Both the position numbers and the translations under genes were made by a program. Below the pieces are notes generated by a model. That model ran no database searches. It was not told where the DNA came from and was given only the letters and a program-made list of their open reading frames with translations. A stretch of 64,000 nucleotides of DNA from a virus: IMG/VR virus record IMGVR_UViG_3300005435_000020, positions 36,908-100,907 of that record. One strand, 5' to 3'. Positions 26,301-36,157 of the stretch are shown here, piece by piece. Numbering within the stretch: position 1 is the stretch's first letter; the number at the start of each line of letters is the position of its first letter.

Positions 26301-29300
26301 GAGCTTGTCGCCAAGGACAGAGAGCTTGTCGGAAGCATCCTGTTTTGCGCCGCTGAAGCCAGCCGACACGGCATTGAAGGGATTGAGTTGCTTGATGATG
26401 TTGCCATTGGCGTCGAGGCCCATGGCCTGCATGATCTGCGCTTGGAGGGCTTCGGGGGAAAGGTCACCGGGAGACGCAGGCTTATTGATCCCCGCCAGCG
26501 CAGGCAGCCCCGTGGGGCCACCACCCCCAATGCCCATCATCTTGTCGAAAGAGGTGGGGCCTGGGCCTTTGGGGCCTTTCGCCGCTGCCGCAAGCCTCTG
26601 CTGCTGCGCCAGGGAAAGCTGATTGATCTCCTGCGCTATCTTGTCGGCTTCTTGATCAATGGCAAGCTTCGCCTTGGCAGCATCCAGTGCCTGCTGAGCC
26701 GCCTTGACTGCGGAGCCTGCGGTGCCACCAGACGTCAGGGCATCTTGCAGCGCCTTGATCTCCCTGGCGATGGGGTCCATGTCGTTGATCTTGATGCCAG
26801 CATTTGCGTGGGTGAGGGCAGCAATCCTCTCGTCAAGTTTCTTGATGCTGTCATCGACGGTTTTGGCCTGCAAGTCGATGAGCTTCTCTTGCCTGTCGTC
26901 AGCCGTGATCTGCCTGTCGATGACTTGCATCTGCTTGTCGATGCCAGCCATCTTCTTGTCTTCTGCGGCAGTCTGGTCACGGATGGCTAGCTCTTGCGCC
27001 TTGTAGGCGTCTTGCTGGCCCTTGAGGACATTGACCTGATCATTGATGTTAAGTTGCTGGTTCTTGAGGTTGTCGATGGTCTGCTGGTTGTCAAGCTTAT
27101 TCTGTGCAGCCTCCATGTTGGACTGGGCAAGCTGCATATTGTAGCTGTCGGTGGCGGCTTTCGTCTTGAGGGCAGCCTCTTGCTGCGCCGCCTTCAAGGC
27201 GTGATCCGCCACGTCATACTGAATCTGGAGTTGGTCCTCGGTGACCTTGTGCTCAGCCTTCATCTGGTCAAGCTGCGCCTGGAGTGCCTTGACCTGTGGG
27301 CTGCTGGTTGTCTGGCCCTGCGCCTTCAGTTGGTCTATCTTGAGGTTCAGCGGCTCCTCATCGAGGTTGGCCCGGTCCTTGGCGTTGTTCAGCGCCTGTT
27401 GCGCCGCATCTGCCGAGTTGGTCAGCGGCAGCAGCGCCTGGTCTGCGATGGCCTTATTGAGGTCAAGCTGGTCCTTGAGGAGGTTCAGCGTCTCCTGCTG
27501 CTGCTGGTGCTCTATGTCGTAGCGGCGCTGGATCATGTCTATCTGATCCTGCATCGCCTGCTTCTGCTGGTTCAGGACATCAATCTGATCCTGCAAGGCT
27601 TGCTTTGCGTCGTTGATGGCCTGGGTCTGCTGTTTCAGGTTGTCGAGGATGTCCTGTTCCTGGTCCTTCTGGGCCTGGAGGCCATCTTTCTCAGCATCAA
27701 GCCTCGCCTTGTCGTTTTCGTATTGCTCCTTGCCATCCTCAATGCCTTGCTTCTGGATATTGAGGCCATCCTTCTGCAAGTTGAGTTGGTCTATCGTGGC
27801 CTGATTCGCGTCGATTTGCTTCTGCGGGTCCACCAGTTTTGCCTGCAAACCGGCAATCTGGTCCTGAATGGCAGCGACGGCTTGCTGTGCCTGACCCAAC
27901 GCAAGGGTCTTCTGGATCATCGTCTCGATGTCGTCGGAGTAGGGGCCAAGGGCAGACTTGAGGCTATCCCACATATCCTGACCAACCTGCTTCCCCTGGA
28001 TGGAAAGCTGGATGATCTGCGCCATGGTGTTGCGCTGCTGCTCCCATATCGGGAAGGCATCGCTAGCATTCATCTTGTCGGCTTCAATCTCAGACTTGAG
28101 ATGGTCCATGACCATCGTGGAGAAGTCTGAGAGTATGGTGAAGTCTGCCTGCGTGAAGCCCTTGAGAAACGCCGTGGCGATGTTGGCACCCCAGACCTGA
28201 ATATTCATCAGGGCACCTTGCTTCGGCGGGGAGTGGCCCTCCAGGAAGTTGGCAATCATCTGGATCACGGCATTGATGGCGGGGACCACGTAGGCATTGA
28301 TGGCGTCTACCATGCCCTGAGCAAAGGCACCCATCACTGCCCTGCCCCACCCAATCATCGAGGTGGCGAGGCCATTGAATGTCGTGTCAATCCACTTGAT
28401 TGCGCCATTCAAGACGTCTGCGATGACCTTTCCTATTGCCGAAAAGGCATTGCCGAAGCCTGCGACGAAGGTGACGACGATATCCTGAGCCGCCGTGAAG
28501 GCTTGTTTCCAGTTGCCGGAGAAGATGCCCGCGAGAAACTGTATGACATCATTGAGGATGGTGAGGAGGGAGCCGAAGGCATCGTGGATGGCGGTGACCA
28601 TCGTCGTGACGTCTGCGGCGAGTTTGGCATTGTCCCGCATAGCCGTCTGGAATGCCACCACAACGACGATGACGGCACCTATCACCGCGATGATGGGCAG
28701 GAAAGCGCTTTCCATCACACCCATCAAGGTGCCAACAGCCATCCATACCTCTCGGAAGGCTGCGACGGCTTGCGTGGCCTTGCCGATGATGAGCAAACCG
28801 GCACCTAACGCCACGAAGAAGGTCCCGAGTATGGCGACTCCCTGGACTATCCCCAGGAAGGTGCTGCTATTCTCCCTCGCCCAGAGCCGCAAGCCATCGA
28901 GGACTTGATTGATGACCTTGATGATGGGGAGGATTGCGCCTTCCGCTGCGGTGCCCAAGTCGTAGAGTGCAAACTTCGCCTGGTTTATCTGTGAGCCAAA
29001 CTGCACCTTGATGGTTTGGCTGACCTGATCCCATTTGTCATTGAAAAGCTGCAACATCCGAGACTGGTCACCCAGCAGATTGGAGAAGGTCTGGATGTCG
29101 GGGATAAAGCCTTTGGTCACGTCGCCACCACTCTGCACAGATTTCGTGTAGGCTTCGAGGAGTGGCAGCAATTCCCGGAAGCCAACTTCGGATTCCATGG
29201 TGTGCATCGCAAGGAGTTGCTGCTCAGGCGTCAACTTCTGCATCCCATCGTAGAGTTGGTGCAATGCGCCGCTGACCTTCACACCGCTGGCGTTGGTGGA

Positions 29301-30269
29301 GTCGAGGAGTCCCACAAACTGCCCACCAGGGAATATGAAGTCACGCCAAGAGCCTTGTAGCCCCCTATTTGTGACGATGAGGCCCTGGAGCATGTCGTCG
29401 GCGGATTTGGCTGGTTTGATGAAGCTATCGAGGACACGTTGCAGTCCCCTACCGGCTTGTGTGCCCTTGATGCCCATATCCGCCATGACGCCGAGGGTCG
29501 CCGTCGCGTCACCGATGCTCTCCCCCATCGCTTTCGCTTGGGGACCCACCATCTTGAAGCTTGCGATGAGGTCATTCATCTCGGCTTCCGTCATGTGGGT
29601 GGTGTTCATCAGGACTGCGGTGACATACGCCGTCTGCGACGTGTCGAGACCAAACTCCGACATCGCGTTGGCGACGCCACGGATGACGGTTTGTGCAGAT
29701 GCCCCCGACATCACCGACGCCTTCATGATGACGTCGAGTTGCCCTGACACCTCATTGAGCTTTGCGAGGCTATCCACCGTGGTGTTGGTGGCGGCAGTCC
29801 ACAAATAGAAAGCGTGGGAAACGTCGGCGGGTGCCAATGCGCCGACACTCTCCGTCACACCCTCGATGGCCCTGCGGAAGGTGTCGTTTTGATTCGCAGT
29901 CCACTGCACCACCTGTCCAAGCTGGTTCACTTGTTCCGTGACGGCTTGGGTCTTGACGGCCCAGAAGTCGAATTCCTGCCCCGCCTCGATGCTCTTCATG
30001 ATGAGGCCATCGATGGCACCGCCGAGGATCATGAAGCTCTCACCGACACGGGACATCTGCTGCCCTGCCCTATACAAGGCGTTGATGTTGTCGGTGAGTT
30101 TCTGGATGCCAGACGCGGCAGTGGTGGCACCCTGTCCCGTCGCGGCGAGGCCAGTATTGATGGACGTGGTGGTGGCCTGGACCTGACCCCGAAGCTGGTT
30201 CAGGGAGTTGAGGAAGGGGGAGATGTCGAGGGTGGCTCTTCCCTGGATGACGTCAACGATGCCAGGCAT
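23313..30269 (-). CDS. Tape measure protein (TP901-like), 2318 aa
   Basis: MADMGIKGTQAGRGL core, long Q/D/K coiled coil, aromatic-spaced repeats, C-terminal GLTWVGEKGQEL. Confidence 0.97.
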   Translation of the reverse strand: MPGIVDVIQGRATLDISPFLNSLNQLRGQVQATTTSINTGLAATGQGATTAASGIQKLTDNINALYRAGQQMSRVGESFMILGGAIDGLIMKSIEAGQEFDFWAVKTQAVTEQVNQLGQVVQWTANQNDTFRRAIEGVTESVGALAPADVSHAFYLWTAATNTTVDSLAKLNEVSGQLDVIMKASVMSGASAQTVIRGVANAMSEFGLDTSQTAYVTAVLMNTTHMTEAEMNDLIASFKMVGPQAKAMGESIGDATATLGVMADMGIKGTQAGRGLQRVLDSFIKPAKSADDMLQGLIVTNRGLQGSWRDFIFPGGQFVGLLDSTNASGVKVSGALHQLYDGMQKLTPEQQLLAMHTMESEVGFRELLPLLEAYTKSVQSGGDVTKGFIPDIQTFSNLLGDQSRMLQLFNDKWDQVSQTIKVQFGSQINQAKFALYDLGTAAEGAILPIIKVINQVLDGLRLWARENSSTFLGIVQGVAILGTFFVALGAGLLIIGKATQAVAAFREVWMAVGTLMGVMESAFLPIIAVIGAVIVVVVAFQTAMRDNAKLAADVTTMVTAIHDAFGSLLTILNDVIQFLAGIFSGNWKQAFTAAQDIVVTFVAGFGNAFSAIGKVIADVLNGAIKWIDTTFNGLATSMIGWGRAVMGAFAQGMVDAINAYVVPAINAVIQMIANFLEGHSPPKQGALMNIQVWGANIATAFLKGFTQADFTILSDFSTMVMDHLKSEIEADKMNASDAFPIWEQQRNTMAQIIQLSIQGKQVGQDMWDSLKSALGPYSDDIETMIQKTLALGQAQQAVAAIQDQIAGLQAKLVDPQKQIDANQATIDQLNLQKDGLNIQKQGIEDGKEQYENDKARLDAEKDGLQAQKDQEQDILDNLKQQTQAINDAKQALQDQIDVLNQQKQAMQDQIDMIQRRYDIEHQQQQETLNLLKDQLDLNKAIADQALLPLTNSADAAQQALNNAKDRANLDEEPLNLKIDQLKAQGQTTSSPQVKALQAQLDQMKAEHKVTEDQLQIQYDVADHALKAAQQEAALKTKAATDSYNMQLAQSNMEAAQNKLDNQQTIDNLKNQQLNINDQVNVLKGQQDAYKAQELAIRDQTAAEDKKMAGIDKQMQVIDRQITADDRQEKLIDLQAKTVDDSIKKLDERIAALTHANAGIKINDMDPIAREIKALQDALTSGGTAGSAVKAAQQALDAAKAKLAIDQEADKIAQEINQLSLAQQQRLAAAAKGPKGPGPTSFDKMMGIGGGGPTGLPALAGINKPASPGDLSPEALQAQIMQAMGLDANGNIIKQLNPFNAVSAGFSGAKQDASDKLSVLGDKLTSFTDGILGAFGVNASQGAIARPRLRGRMGGSTEDQDAALQQYYHDYALYDTRMNARTEGRLSASRFRQQQDSGVANNLPLITAAMAATGGIPGLGALTSAASNLSSVGGKLSDVLGLFAGRALGGPQVSGFVRGLRLPGSLLGEGGLAGGAADLLGTGATQGLGDILKDLAIRASVSGGGIVGAPGRLAGLARPLAYGSRAADAVGSAAGAVGGVGSDILGGIGKVTGLDRLPIAAIKEFSGVIKDMLVPLPMFARLITEAGGAFGVFGTILGGAKAAITPLIGLLGDFLGVFLRFPIIGGILRAVPIVGWALNIIQIIQMLKAGWETNWMGMTTALKGFWSAAQPIFQDIMGILNNKNLSFGDKLGAIFGDIGKIGGDLGTALGTIIGNIVATIRANAPKWGKTISDNFSVIWKSFTDAVGDTLKTYGPIVGAKLGDLIGAAVNFIVTQAVPFALKLLAGWYHIMAEFLNNIDKAITSDGGVQGSGGSSMGKSFEKLITNLVNWVKANAPAWGAALGPVLILVMEAAFELLYAAGKLLLDLTVWFGGLIVKLIGYAMSQLGTWANQLFTFFLTMFTQAVASLVADGGPLAQLQAWLDTTLFPAFWKHQDSEQPNRSQSLKDKLLTLFLKALDLLIGDDNPKTRFEGWIDNLVSKWIQDHVGSMLGKWATDLEAKIAEMWKGAMDDITADSNPLNQFQTWIDGLMTQWFKYWVSQTSTWAGALWDKVKAIWTALLDFLNRNSISDFAAGLSKFISDVFGALLKLVGTFLAGWWPTFKDAIVAAFTSAITAAETALTGPFNGLIQNISDKINAVKAKIQELMGLGGGGSAPSGGGVAGDGVTYEGEVAAGRTALPKSQWEAAHAAAVAATTPPPGHNAAGTSNWMGGLTWVGEKGQELLNLPRGSQITPFQDVIQQVASGVKDMLYSVGDNSQGMTSDIANSLNNVADAIRSLASASENQQHTVNKTTNINVDKMDMSSPQNVDYWVQQTQHMGQ

Positions 30270-30289
30270 TGCGATACTCCAGGGAAGTC

Positions 30290-31092
30290 CTACAAAGCGA
30301 GGCCACGCAGTATCTCGTCTATCGTAGGCGCATTCTCAACCTTCAGGGAGTCTTGATAGGCTTCCATGTCGGCTTGGCGCTGCTGTGCACTCTCGTAGTG
30401 CTTGTCGGAGATATCTCTGTGGCCAGAGGATGTAGTGCCGTTATTCTCGCGGGATATGCGCTGATGGCGCTTTGCGAGGTATTGGAAGAGTTGTGGCAGC
30501 GTGAGTGTCCATTTGCACTCTGCGAGTGTCCAGCCGTATGCTTCCGCGAATATCTCGAAGATGGGGATGAATTGGTCATCGAGACTTACGCCGTCTCGGT
30601 TGTCGTCTCCGGCTTGCGGCTGACCTTCTTCAGGAGACGACTCACGTTTTTTTGTATCTCCTCAAGGCCCATCATGTCGATGCCGACGTCGATGACGTCG
30701 AAGACGGCTTGCGGCTCCGCGTGTTCCTTGAGTTCCTTCACCTTCACTGCGATGAGGTCATCCAGGGTGCCGTCGTCTTCCGCATCCATCACCTGCTTAT
30801 TGGGGAGCAGGATGATGGCAAGCAATTCGTAGAGCTTTGGCCTGGCGGTGTGGATGAGATTGGGAAGCTTCTCCACGAGGGCCTGGATGAAGGTCTGCTG
30901 GCTGCCATCTTGGAGCAGCGACGCGACTTCACCTTGTTCAAAAAACTCCGCGAGTAGCTCCAACCCGATGAGGGTCTTCCCCACTTTGAAGGGGGTGACT
31001 GTGTATTTGATTGGCTCCCCACTCTCGTCTCGGTAGCCAATGACGACTTCCCTGCCACGCTTGGCGAGGGTGGACTTCTCGGTGGTGGACAA
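30290..31092 (-). CDS. Tail assembly chaperone G-T fusion via -1 frameshift
   Basis: Slippery A AAA AAC at 30652-30646; -1 frame reads ..DQFIPIFEIFAEAYGWTLAECKWTLTLPQLFQYL.. to TAG at 30290. Confidence 0.85.
30586..31092 (-). CDS. Tail assembly chaperone (G)
   Basis: Between tail tube and tape measure; SD aaggag plus TTG. Confidence 0.85.
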   Translation of the reverse strand: MSTTEKSTLAKRGREVVIGYRDESGEPIKYTVTPFKVGKTLIGLELLAEFFEQGEVASLLQDGSQQTFIQALVEKLPNLIHTARPKLYELLAIILLPNKQVMDAEDDGTLDDLIAVKVKELKEHAEPQAVFDVIDVGIDMMGLEEIQKNVSRLLKKVSRKPETTTETA

Positions 31093-31120
31093 AAAAGAAA
31101 CTCCTTACGGGGCCTTGCAT

Positions 31121-31160
31121 AAAAGTATTGGGGTGGAGGCTATTCCACCACCCCAACAAT
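31121..31160 (-). terminator. Terminator after the major tail protein
   Basis: Minus strand ttggggtgg...ccaccccaa followed by tactttt. Confidence 0.7.
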
Positions 31161-31168
31161 AGACTAGG

Positions 31169-31747
31169 TTAGCTGACTTCGATTCTGCCGAAGCTCTTTT
31201 TCGTGAGGGCAGCGCCATTCTCGTCAAGGGTGGAAGCAAACGCCTCGAAGTTGAGGGTCACCTCGTCAACCTTGCCGAAAGCAGCGTCGGGAACCGTCTC
31301 CCACGCAGACATGACGGTGCAGCTATACCAGACGGCAACGACGAAGCCGCCAGTGCCATCGGGGTGCCGACCCACCATCGAAGCCCTCACCGCCACACGC
31401 GGGGGCAGAAGCTCCTCGATGGTCTGCATGTCCTTCACTTCAACCGCAACACCGGAGCCTACCAGCCCCGAATACGTGGTGGTGCCGCTGGAAGCCGACA
31501 CACCCGTGACCTTCTCGATGATGTTCAGGGAAAGCATCGACGCCTTTGCGCTGATGGTGCCCTTCTGCGTGTGATAGAACACGCCAAGTCGCGTGTCGTC
31601 GCCGTAGTACTCGACTTCCGTGACGGAACCCTTATACTGCGCCTGATTGATGCCCACCACCTGTGTCCAGGCACCCGGCGCATCCGTCGGGAGCTTGATC
31701 CACAAATCGCGGAGACTAAAAGGGGTAATAACCTTCGTGGCTGCCAT
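31169..31747 (-). CDS. Major tail (tube) protein
   Basis: Position, size and EYYGDD motif. Confidence 0.8.
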   Translation of the reverse strand: MAATKVITPFSLRDLWIKLPTDAPGAWTQVVGINQAQYKGSVTEVEYYGDDTRLGVFYHTQKGTISAKASMLSLNIIEKVTGVSASSGTTTYSGLVGSGVAVEVKDMQTIEELLPPRVAVRASMVGRHPDGTGGFVVAVWYSCTVMSAWETVPDAAFGKVDEVTLNFEAFASTLDENGAALTKKSFGRIEVS

Positions 31748-31780
31748 TGTATAGCCTATGAAAAACGGGTCACAAGACCC

Positions 31781-32215
31781 TTAGTGGGTGAAATCTGTGT
31801 CTTGCACAGTCATCTGGAACCTGATACCTGCGTTGTCGGCTTGGAAGTTGTCGTCGTAATACGCTGGCGTGTTCCACGTCCAGAGCATCCCCAAGACGCT
31901 TCGCGTATCGGGTGTGGTCACATTCAGTATCTGGTTGTGGAGGAGTTGCTTGATCCTCCGACGTATCTGACCAATGCGGTAGTAGCCGTAGTTTTGGTCA
32001 TAGATGCGAAACGTCACCGTTTCCGTCGATATGTCGGGTCCCAGGAGTGGCCTCTCGCCTTGCGAGGTGATGGTCACCAAAGGCACCTTGGTATCGAAGT
32101 TCTCCCCGGTGAGGTCCCTCTCTTCGTAGATGGACTGGGCACCGGAGTTGAGCATACCGACCAGTTGGGTGTCTGCGGCGAGTATCGCCACGATGGCGTT
32201 GAGTACATCATCCAT
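31781..32215 (-). CDS. Tail terminator protein
   Basis: AIVAILAADTQL...PLVTI...RIKQLLH; synteny. Confidence 0.7.
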   Translation of the reverse strand: MDDVLNAIVAILAADTQLVGMLNSGAQSIYEERDLTGENFDTKVPLVTITSQGERPLLGPDISTETVTFRIYDQNYGYYRIGQIRRRIKQLLHNQILNVTTPDTRSVLGMLWTWNTPAYYDDNFQADNAGIRFQMTVQDTDFTH

Positions 32216-32266
32216 AACACACCAAGGTCATTTCTATAGACATCCTGCGACAATACATCGCTACCC

Positions 32267-32839
32267 TCAGATGAGTGTCCTGAGCAGGGCCATAATCTCG
32301 GCTTCGAGGCCAGCGATGACGTCTGCTTCGTGGTCCATCAAGATGTACTCTGTGACGGGGATACCCCTTGGCGCTGCGGAGGGATTGACGGATTGCGACG
32401 TATTCCCTGATTCCCAGGCTTGCAGATAGGCTGCGTGGTCCTCTGCCATCGTGATGAGACCCTGGATGAGTGTGGGTATCTCGGGGGGAATCGGCGTGTC
32501 CATGGAGGTATGCATCTCGGGTGCAATGGGATTGCCGGAAGGCCCCCACCTCTCTCCCGCCACGCTGAAACCCGCGAAGGGGCTTGCGTTGGCACCCACG
32601 GCGAAGCCTACCAGCGCCTCCCTCGCGGTGCCAGTGACCTTATACTTGAAGAGCCAAGGCGTCTCGACTACGGTGCCGTCTGGATTCCAGTCTGCTTCCG
32701 TCTTCGCAAGCCTCGCCATCTCCTGCATGACGTTATTCATGGCGGCTTTCGAGACGATGCCAAACTCCGTTTGCACCCTCAAGAGGCTTGAGAGGAATGC
32801 GGGATTGATGGTGAGTTGTATCTGTGCCCCGCCAGCCAT
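32267..32839 (-). CDS. Neck or tail-completion protein (HK97 gp10-like)
   Basis: AK..ADW...TGTAREAL; synteny. Confidence 0.6.
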   Translation of the reverse strand: MAGGAQIQLTINPAFLSSLLRVQTEFGIVSKAAMNNVMQEMARLAKTEADWNPDGTVVETPWLFKYKVTGTAREALVGFAVGANASPFAGFSVAGERWGPSGNPIAPEMHTSMDTPIPPEIPTLIQGLITMAEDHAAYLQAWESGNTSQSVNPSAAPRGIPVTEYILMDHEADVIAGLEAEIMALLRTLI

Positions 32840-33237
32840 TAGCCTGTGATGTTGAGAATGGCCTCAATCTTGTTGGTGCCATACGTGACGACGTTGATGC
32901 AACGATAGGAAACGCCGTCTACCCTCACCGTGTCCTGGTCCTTGATGTCGATGGTATTGCCCTGGACATCGGTTCCCACCCTGATCAGGAGCAAATAATA
33001 TCGCTGCGTGGAGATGCCGACTTCCGATACCTTGTCGGCACCCCTCGAAAATATGGGCCTATACGAGTCGATGCGACACTGGAAGGTGGAAACCTGGGTC
33101 AGTCCCGTGGGTGTGCCCTGCGACGTATTCCTCTGTGGCCTGTACACGACGGCGGTGGAGGGCTTCGCGTCGATGAGCCTCTGGATGGTGTCGGAGAAAT
33201 CGGTGCTAGTGAAGCGGCTAGTAGAGATGGTCCTCAT
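32839..33237 (-). CDS. Head closure (stopper) protein
   Basis: DIKDQDTVRVDGVSYRC; synteny. Confidence 0.7.
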   Translation of the reverse strand: MRTISTSRFTSTDFSDTIQRLIDAKPSTAVVYRPQRNTSQGTPTGLTQVSTFQCRIDSYRPIFSRGADKVSEVGISTQRYYLLLIRVGTDVQGNTIDIKDQDTVRVDGVSYRCINVVTYGTNKIEAILNITG

Positions 33238-33965
33238 TAGCTGCTCCTCATCGCCACCACGCTATCGGCTATCTTCTCGATGGTCTGCGCCGTGAGGATC
33301 ATGCTCCTTCGGCGCAAGTCCTCCGGGTTGAAGTTGACTTGTGTCTGGCCCTCCCGGTAATCACCCGATTTACTGAACATCGTGGCGAGGATGTCCAGGC
33401 ACTTCGCTTCCATCATCGAGACGATGTACTGGACATCGGCGGTGGGGATGGTGGCGTAGTCGCCGTTGGCGTTGGCGACGTGGAGGGCAGAGTAGTCGAT
33501 GTTCCACAGTATATTTGCGTCAGCCGGTGCCGGATAGAAGATAACTTGCGGGTTACCTGTGTCATCGAGGGTGTAGGGAGCATAGATGGGCTGGCCAAAC
33601 TGTGCATACAGGGAAATCAGGTCATTCCTCATCATGATCAGGTCCCTGTCACCGATGATGATATCCTGAATGAAAGTCCAGGTGCCGAAGGCATTGTAGA
33701 AGTAGCTCAAGTCGAAGGAGTCGGGTGTGGTGATGTTGTCGATCCACGCGGCGTCAGGGGGCAATGCGTAGATATCCTGCCCCGCCACGGAGGTGAGGGT
33801 GGTCCTCTTCTTGTTGGGGCGGTAGGTGCTGTAGGTCTCGACGGCTTCCGCGAGGTGCCTATCCAGTTCTGCGTCGGTGAAGGTCAGCTTCGTCTGGTCA
33901 TTGGTGGGGGAATAGTCGCTAACCAAATCCCGGACACGTTGTAAGACGACGGAAGACTTGAGCAT
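33237..33965 (-). CDS. Head-tail connector or adaptor protein
   Basis: RVRDLVSD...FTDAELD; SD aggtg before ATG 33965. Confidence 0.7.
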   Translation of the reverse strand: MLKSSVVLQRVRDLVSDYSPTNDQTKLTFTDAELDRHLAEAVETYSTYRPNKKRTTLTSVAGQDIYALPPDAAWIDNITTPDSFDLSYFYNAFGTWTFIQDIIIGDRDLIMMRNDLISLYAQFGQPIYAPYTLDDTGNPQVIFYPAPADANILWNIDYSALHVANANGDYATIPTADVQYIVSMMEAKCLDILATMFSKSGDYREGQTQVNFNPEDLRRRSMILTAQTIEKIADSVVAMRSS

Positions 33966-34029
33966 GTGGCACCTGTAGAAAAAGGAAAGCTCCCTCACCA
34001 CCTACAACGGCACTAAGGGAGCTTCTTGT

Positions 34030-34824
34030 TTAGCCGAATAACTCGGGACGAATAAAATATTCCTTCACACCCACCAACGGCTTGAGGATGGCAGGCAAGT
34101 CGTAGGGTGATGTCGTCTTGTCGAAGAGGGGACCAAACTCGCCGGAGGCAAGGGCCTGCTCCGATTCCGCCGCGAGGTCTTGGTACATCTGCTTGGCGGG
34201 ATAGAGCTTTGCGTGGTTGATCCTCTTTCTGTGGAGGTTCACCGGGAATACATAGCCGACGTGGCAGAGTGGCTTCGGAAACGACGTATTGACCATCGTG
34301 GGTCCTTTTCCTTTCCAGAAGCGCCAGCCGTCGCCGTCGCTGGACCAGCCTGCATTGGTCTTGACGAGCATTTCTGCCTGCGTGAAGCACTGCGTATTAT
34401 ATTCATCCAGCGTCTGGAAGTTATTGGCTAGGTGTAGGTAAGGAATAGAAATAGCACCCATATCGAGAGAACAGTAATGCGGAATCAGCACAGCACTCTC
34501 GGGGTGCCACACTTCGTCTGCGTGGGCACACAAGGCGTAGTCGCCGGTACACAATTCAAGGCCCCTATCCTGCGCAATACCAGACACCCTCCCTTCGCCG
34601 GAGCCATACACCTTGGTAGTGTCGGGCCACCCACCATATTCTATCCTGACCTTCTCGGGATATTTGTGGCGAAGCATCTCCCACCAATATTCGGTGTTAT
34701 CTTGGGAGCCGCATTCCAGCACCACATATTCATCCACGACGTCGATGAGACTCAACGCCGTTTCTATGTAAGGGTACCCGAGAGACAGCAAATTGCGGGA
34801 TATCGTGAAGGCAGATATCTTCAC
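34030..34824 (-). CDS. Glycosyltransferase family 2 (GT-A)
   Basis: KISAFTISRN...VDEYVVLECGSQDNT...CTGDYALCAHADEV; GTGA coupling. Confidence 0.88.
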   Translation of the reverse strand: MKISAFTISRNLLSLGYPYIETALSLIDVVDEYVVLECGSQDNTEYWWEMLRHKYPEKVRIEYGGWPDTTKVYGSGEGRVSGIAQDRGLELCTGDYALCAHADEVWHPESAVLIPHYCSLDMGAISIPYLHLANNFQTLDEYNTQCFTQAEMLVKTNAGWSSDGDGWRFWKGKGPTMVNTSFPKPLCHVGYVFPVNLHRKRINHAKLYPAKQMYQDLAAESEQALASGEFGPLFDKTTSPYDLPAILKPLVGVKEYFIRPELFG

Positions 34825-36092
34825 GAGAGCTTCCTCATGACACCCAACAACTCTTTGACCATCACTTCCCGAGAAAACTTGCGCCTGACGTAGGAAGCGG
34901 CTTTCTTGCCTTTCGCCTTGGCTTCGTCTCGGTTGTCGTAGATGTGGCGCATGAGGTGGCTTACTTGCTCCATGTCGCAGTTCCACCAAAGAAGGGGTTT
35001 ATAGTCTCTCATGCCGAGAGGAGACTCCACCAAGGGCTTGTGCGGGTCCAGCCCCACGGTGTAGCAATATTTGTCGTCTGCCCACGCGGAGCAACCGGAG
35101 TGTGTCGGCGCAATCACCGGCAATCCCGTCGCCATGGCCTGGAGAGGCGGCATGAAAAATCCCTCACCGTGTGAGAGGAAGCAAGCAGCGTCTGCTTCGT
35201 GGGCGAGTTTCGCCAGTTGCCAGGTCTCCCACTCTTCGTCAATGATGGTGACGCGGCTATCCGCCACGGCGGGGATGCCTGCCCTGCCCACGCCGAAATC
35301 GTGGTTGCGTGTCTTCATGATCAATCTGACGTCTGGGTATTTAGAGACGGGAAATGCCTTCCAAAATGCGATAAGCGTTTCGTTGGGGCACTTGCGGCTG
35401 GACATCCGTGACCAGGAGACGAAGGTGAAGGTATCCTTCTCTTCCCTCTCCTTGTAGGCATATTCCGACACGTCAATTCCGATGGGCACCGCATACATGG
35501 GCTGAGTGCACCCGCTGCTCCTGAATATCTCTATCTGCGACTCGGCGGGGACGATGATGATATCAGCCGTCTTCAGTGGCTCATCCCAGGTGCTGGGTAC
35601 TTGCGTGGACTCGTACATCGTGGAGAGGACACGATGCTCTGTGGGAAGCTCATCTAAGGCGTTGGGGTAGCCGAAGGCGATACCCCAGCGTGTCGGGTAC
35701 TTCGGCTCCCTCTCGATAAGCTCCACGATGCCTGGGTACATCTTCGTGAGGGATTCCCGCATACTCGGGTGGACGCCATTCACTGAGGAAATGCGGACCC
35801 CGTGTTGCTCCAGGCCCAGGAGGCTGTGGATGGAATAGGTGCCGTAGCCTTCCGTGGGATGCACCGGGATGGTTGCGGTGAGGTAGAGGGTCTTCCCTTC
35901 TTTGTGCTTGCAGTCTTCCCAGGCGATGGACCAGTGCTTCGTGTCCCTGGCGAGTTTGATGCAGAGGATGGGGTCCACTTTGTTGGTGGACTCACCCGGC
36001 TCCAGCCTGACTTGGGCATCGGAGAGGTACTCGGTCCTGTTGCCGACATTCTTGAGGATGGGCAATGCGTGGCAATCCTTCTCACTGGACAA
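34821..36092 (-). CDS. Glycosyltransferase family 4-like (GT-B)
   Basis: GYG, MYEST, VPIGID, RK, ADAACFLSHGEGFFMPPLQAMATGLPVIA. Confidence 0.92.
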   Translation of the reverse strand: MSSEKDCHALPILKNVGNRTEYLSDAQVRLEPGESTNKVDPILCIKLARDTKHWSIAWEDCKHKEGKTLYLTATIPVHPTEGYGTYSIHSLLGLEQHGVRISSVNGVHPSMRESLTKMYPGIVELIEREPKYPTRWGIAFGYPNALDELPTEHRVLSTMYESTQVPSTWDEPLKTADIIIVPAESQIEIFRSSGCTQPMYAVPIGIDVSEYAYKEREEKDTFTFVSWSRMSSRKCPNETLIAFWKAFPVSKYPDVRLIMKTRNHDFGVGRAGIPAVADSRVTIIDEEWETWQLAKLAHEADAACFLSHGEGFFMPPLQAMATGLPVIAPTHSGCSAWADDKYCYTVGLDPHKPLVESPLGMRDYKPLLWWNCDMEQVSHLMRHIYDNRDEAKAKGKKAASYVRRKFSREVMVKELLGVMRKLS

Positions 36093-36094
36093 AT

Positions 36095-36141
36095 AAAAAA
36101 GGGGCGTCTCCCTGTCGGTGAGGACAAAGAGACGCCTTCCT
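36095..36141 (-). terminator. Terminator downstream of the major capsid gene
   Basis: Minus strand aggcgtctctttgtc-ctcacc-gacagggagacgcccc followed by T6. Confidence 0.8.
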
Positions 36142-36157
36142 TTGTATCCCTATGATC

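Noticed and set aside
30343-30579. 78-aa ORF between the chaperone and tape measure genes
   Set aside because: Wrong frame; the coding frame is the -1 frameshift extension ending at 30290
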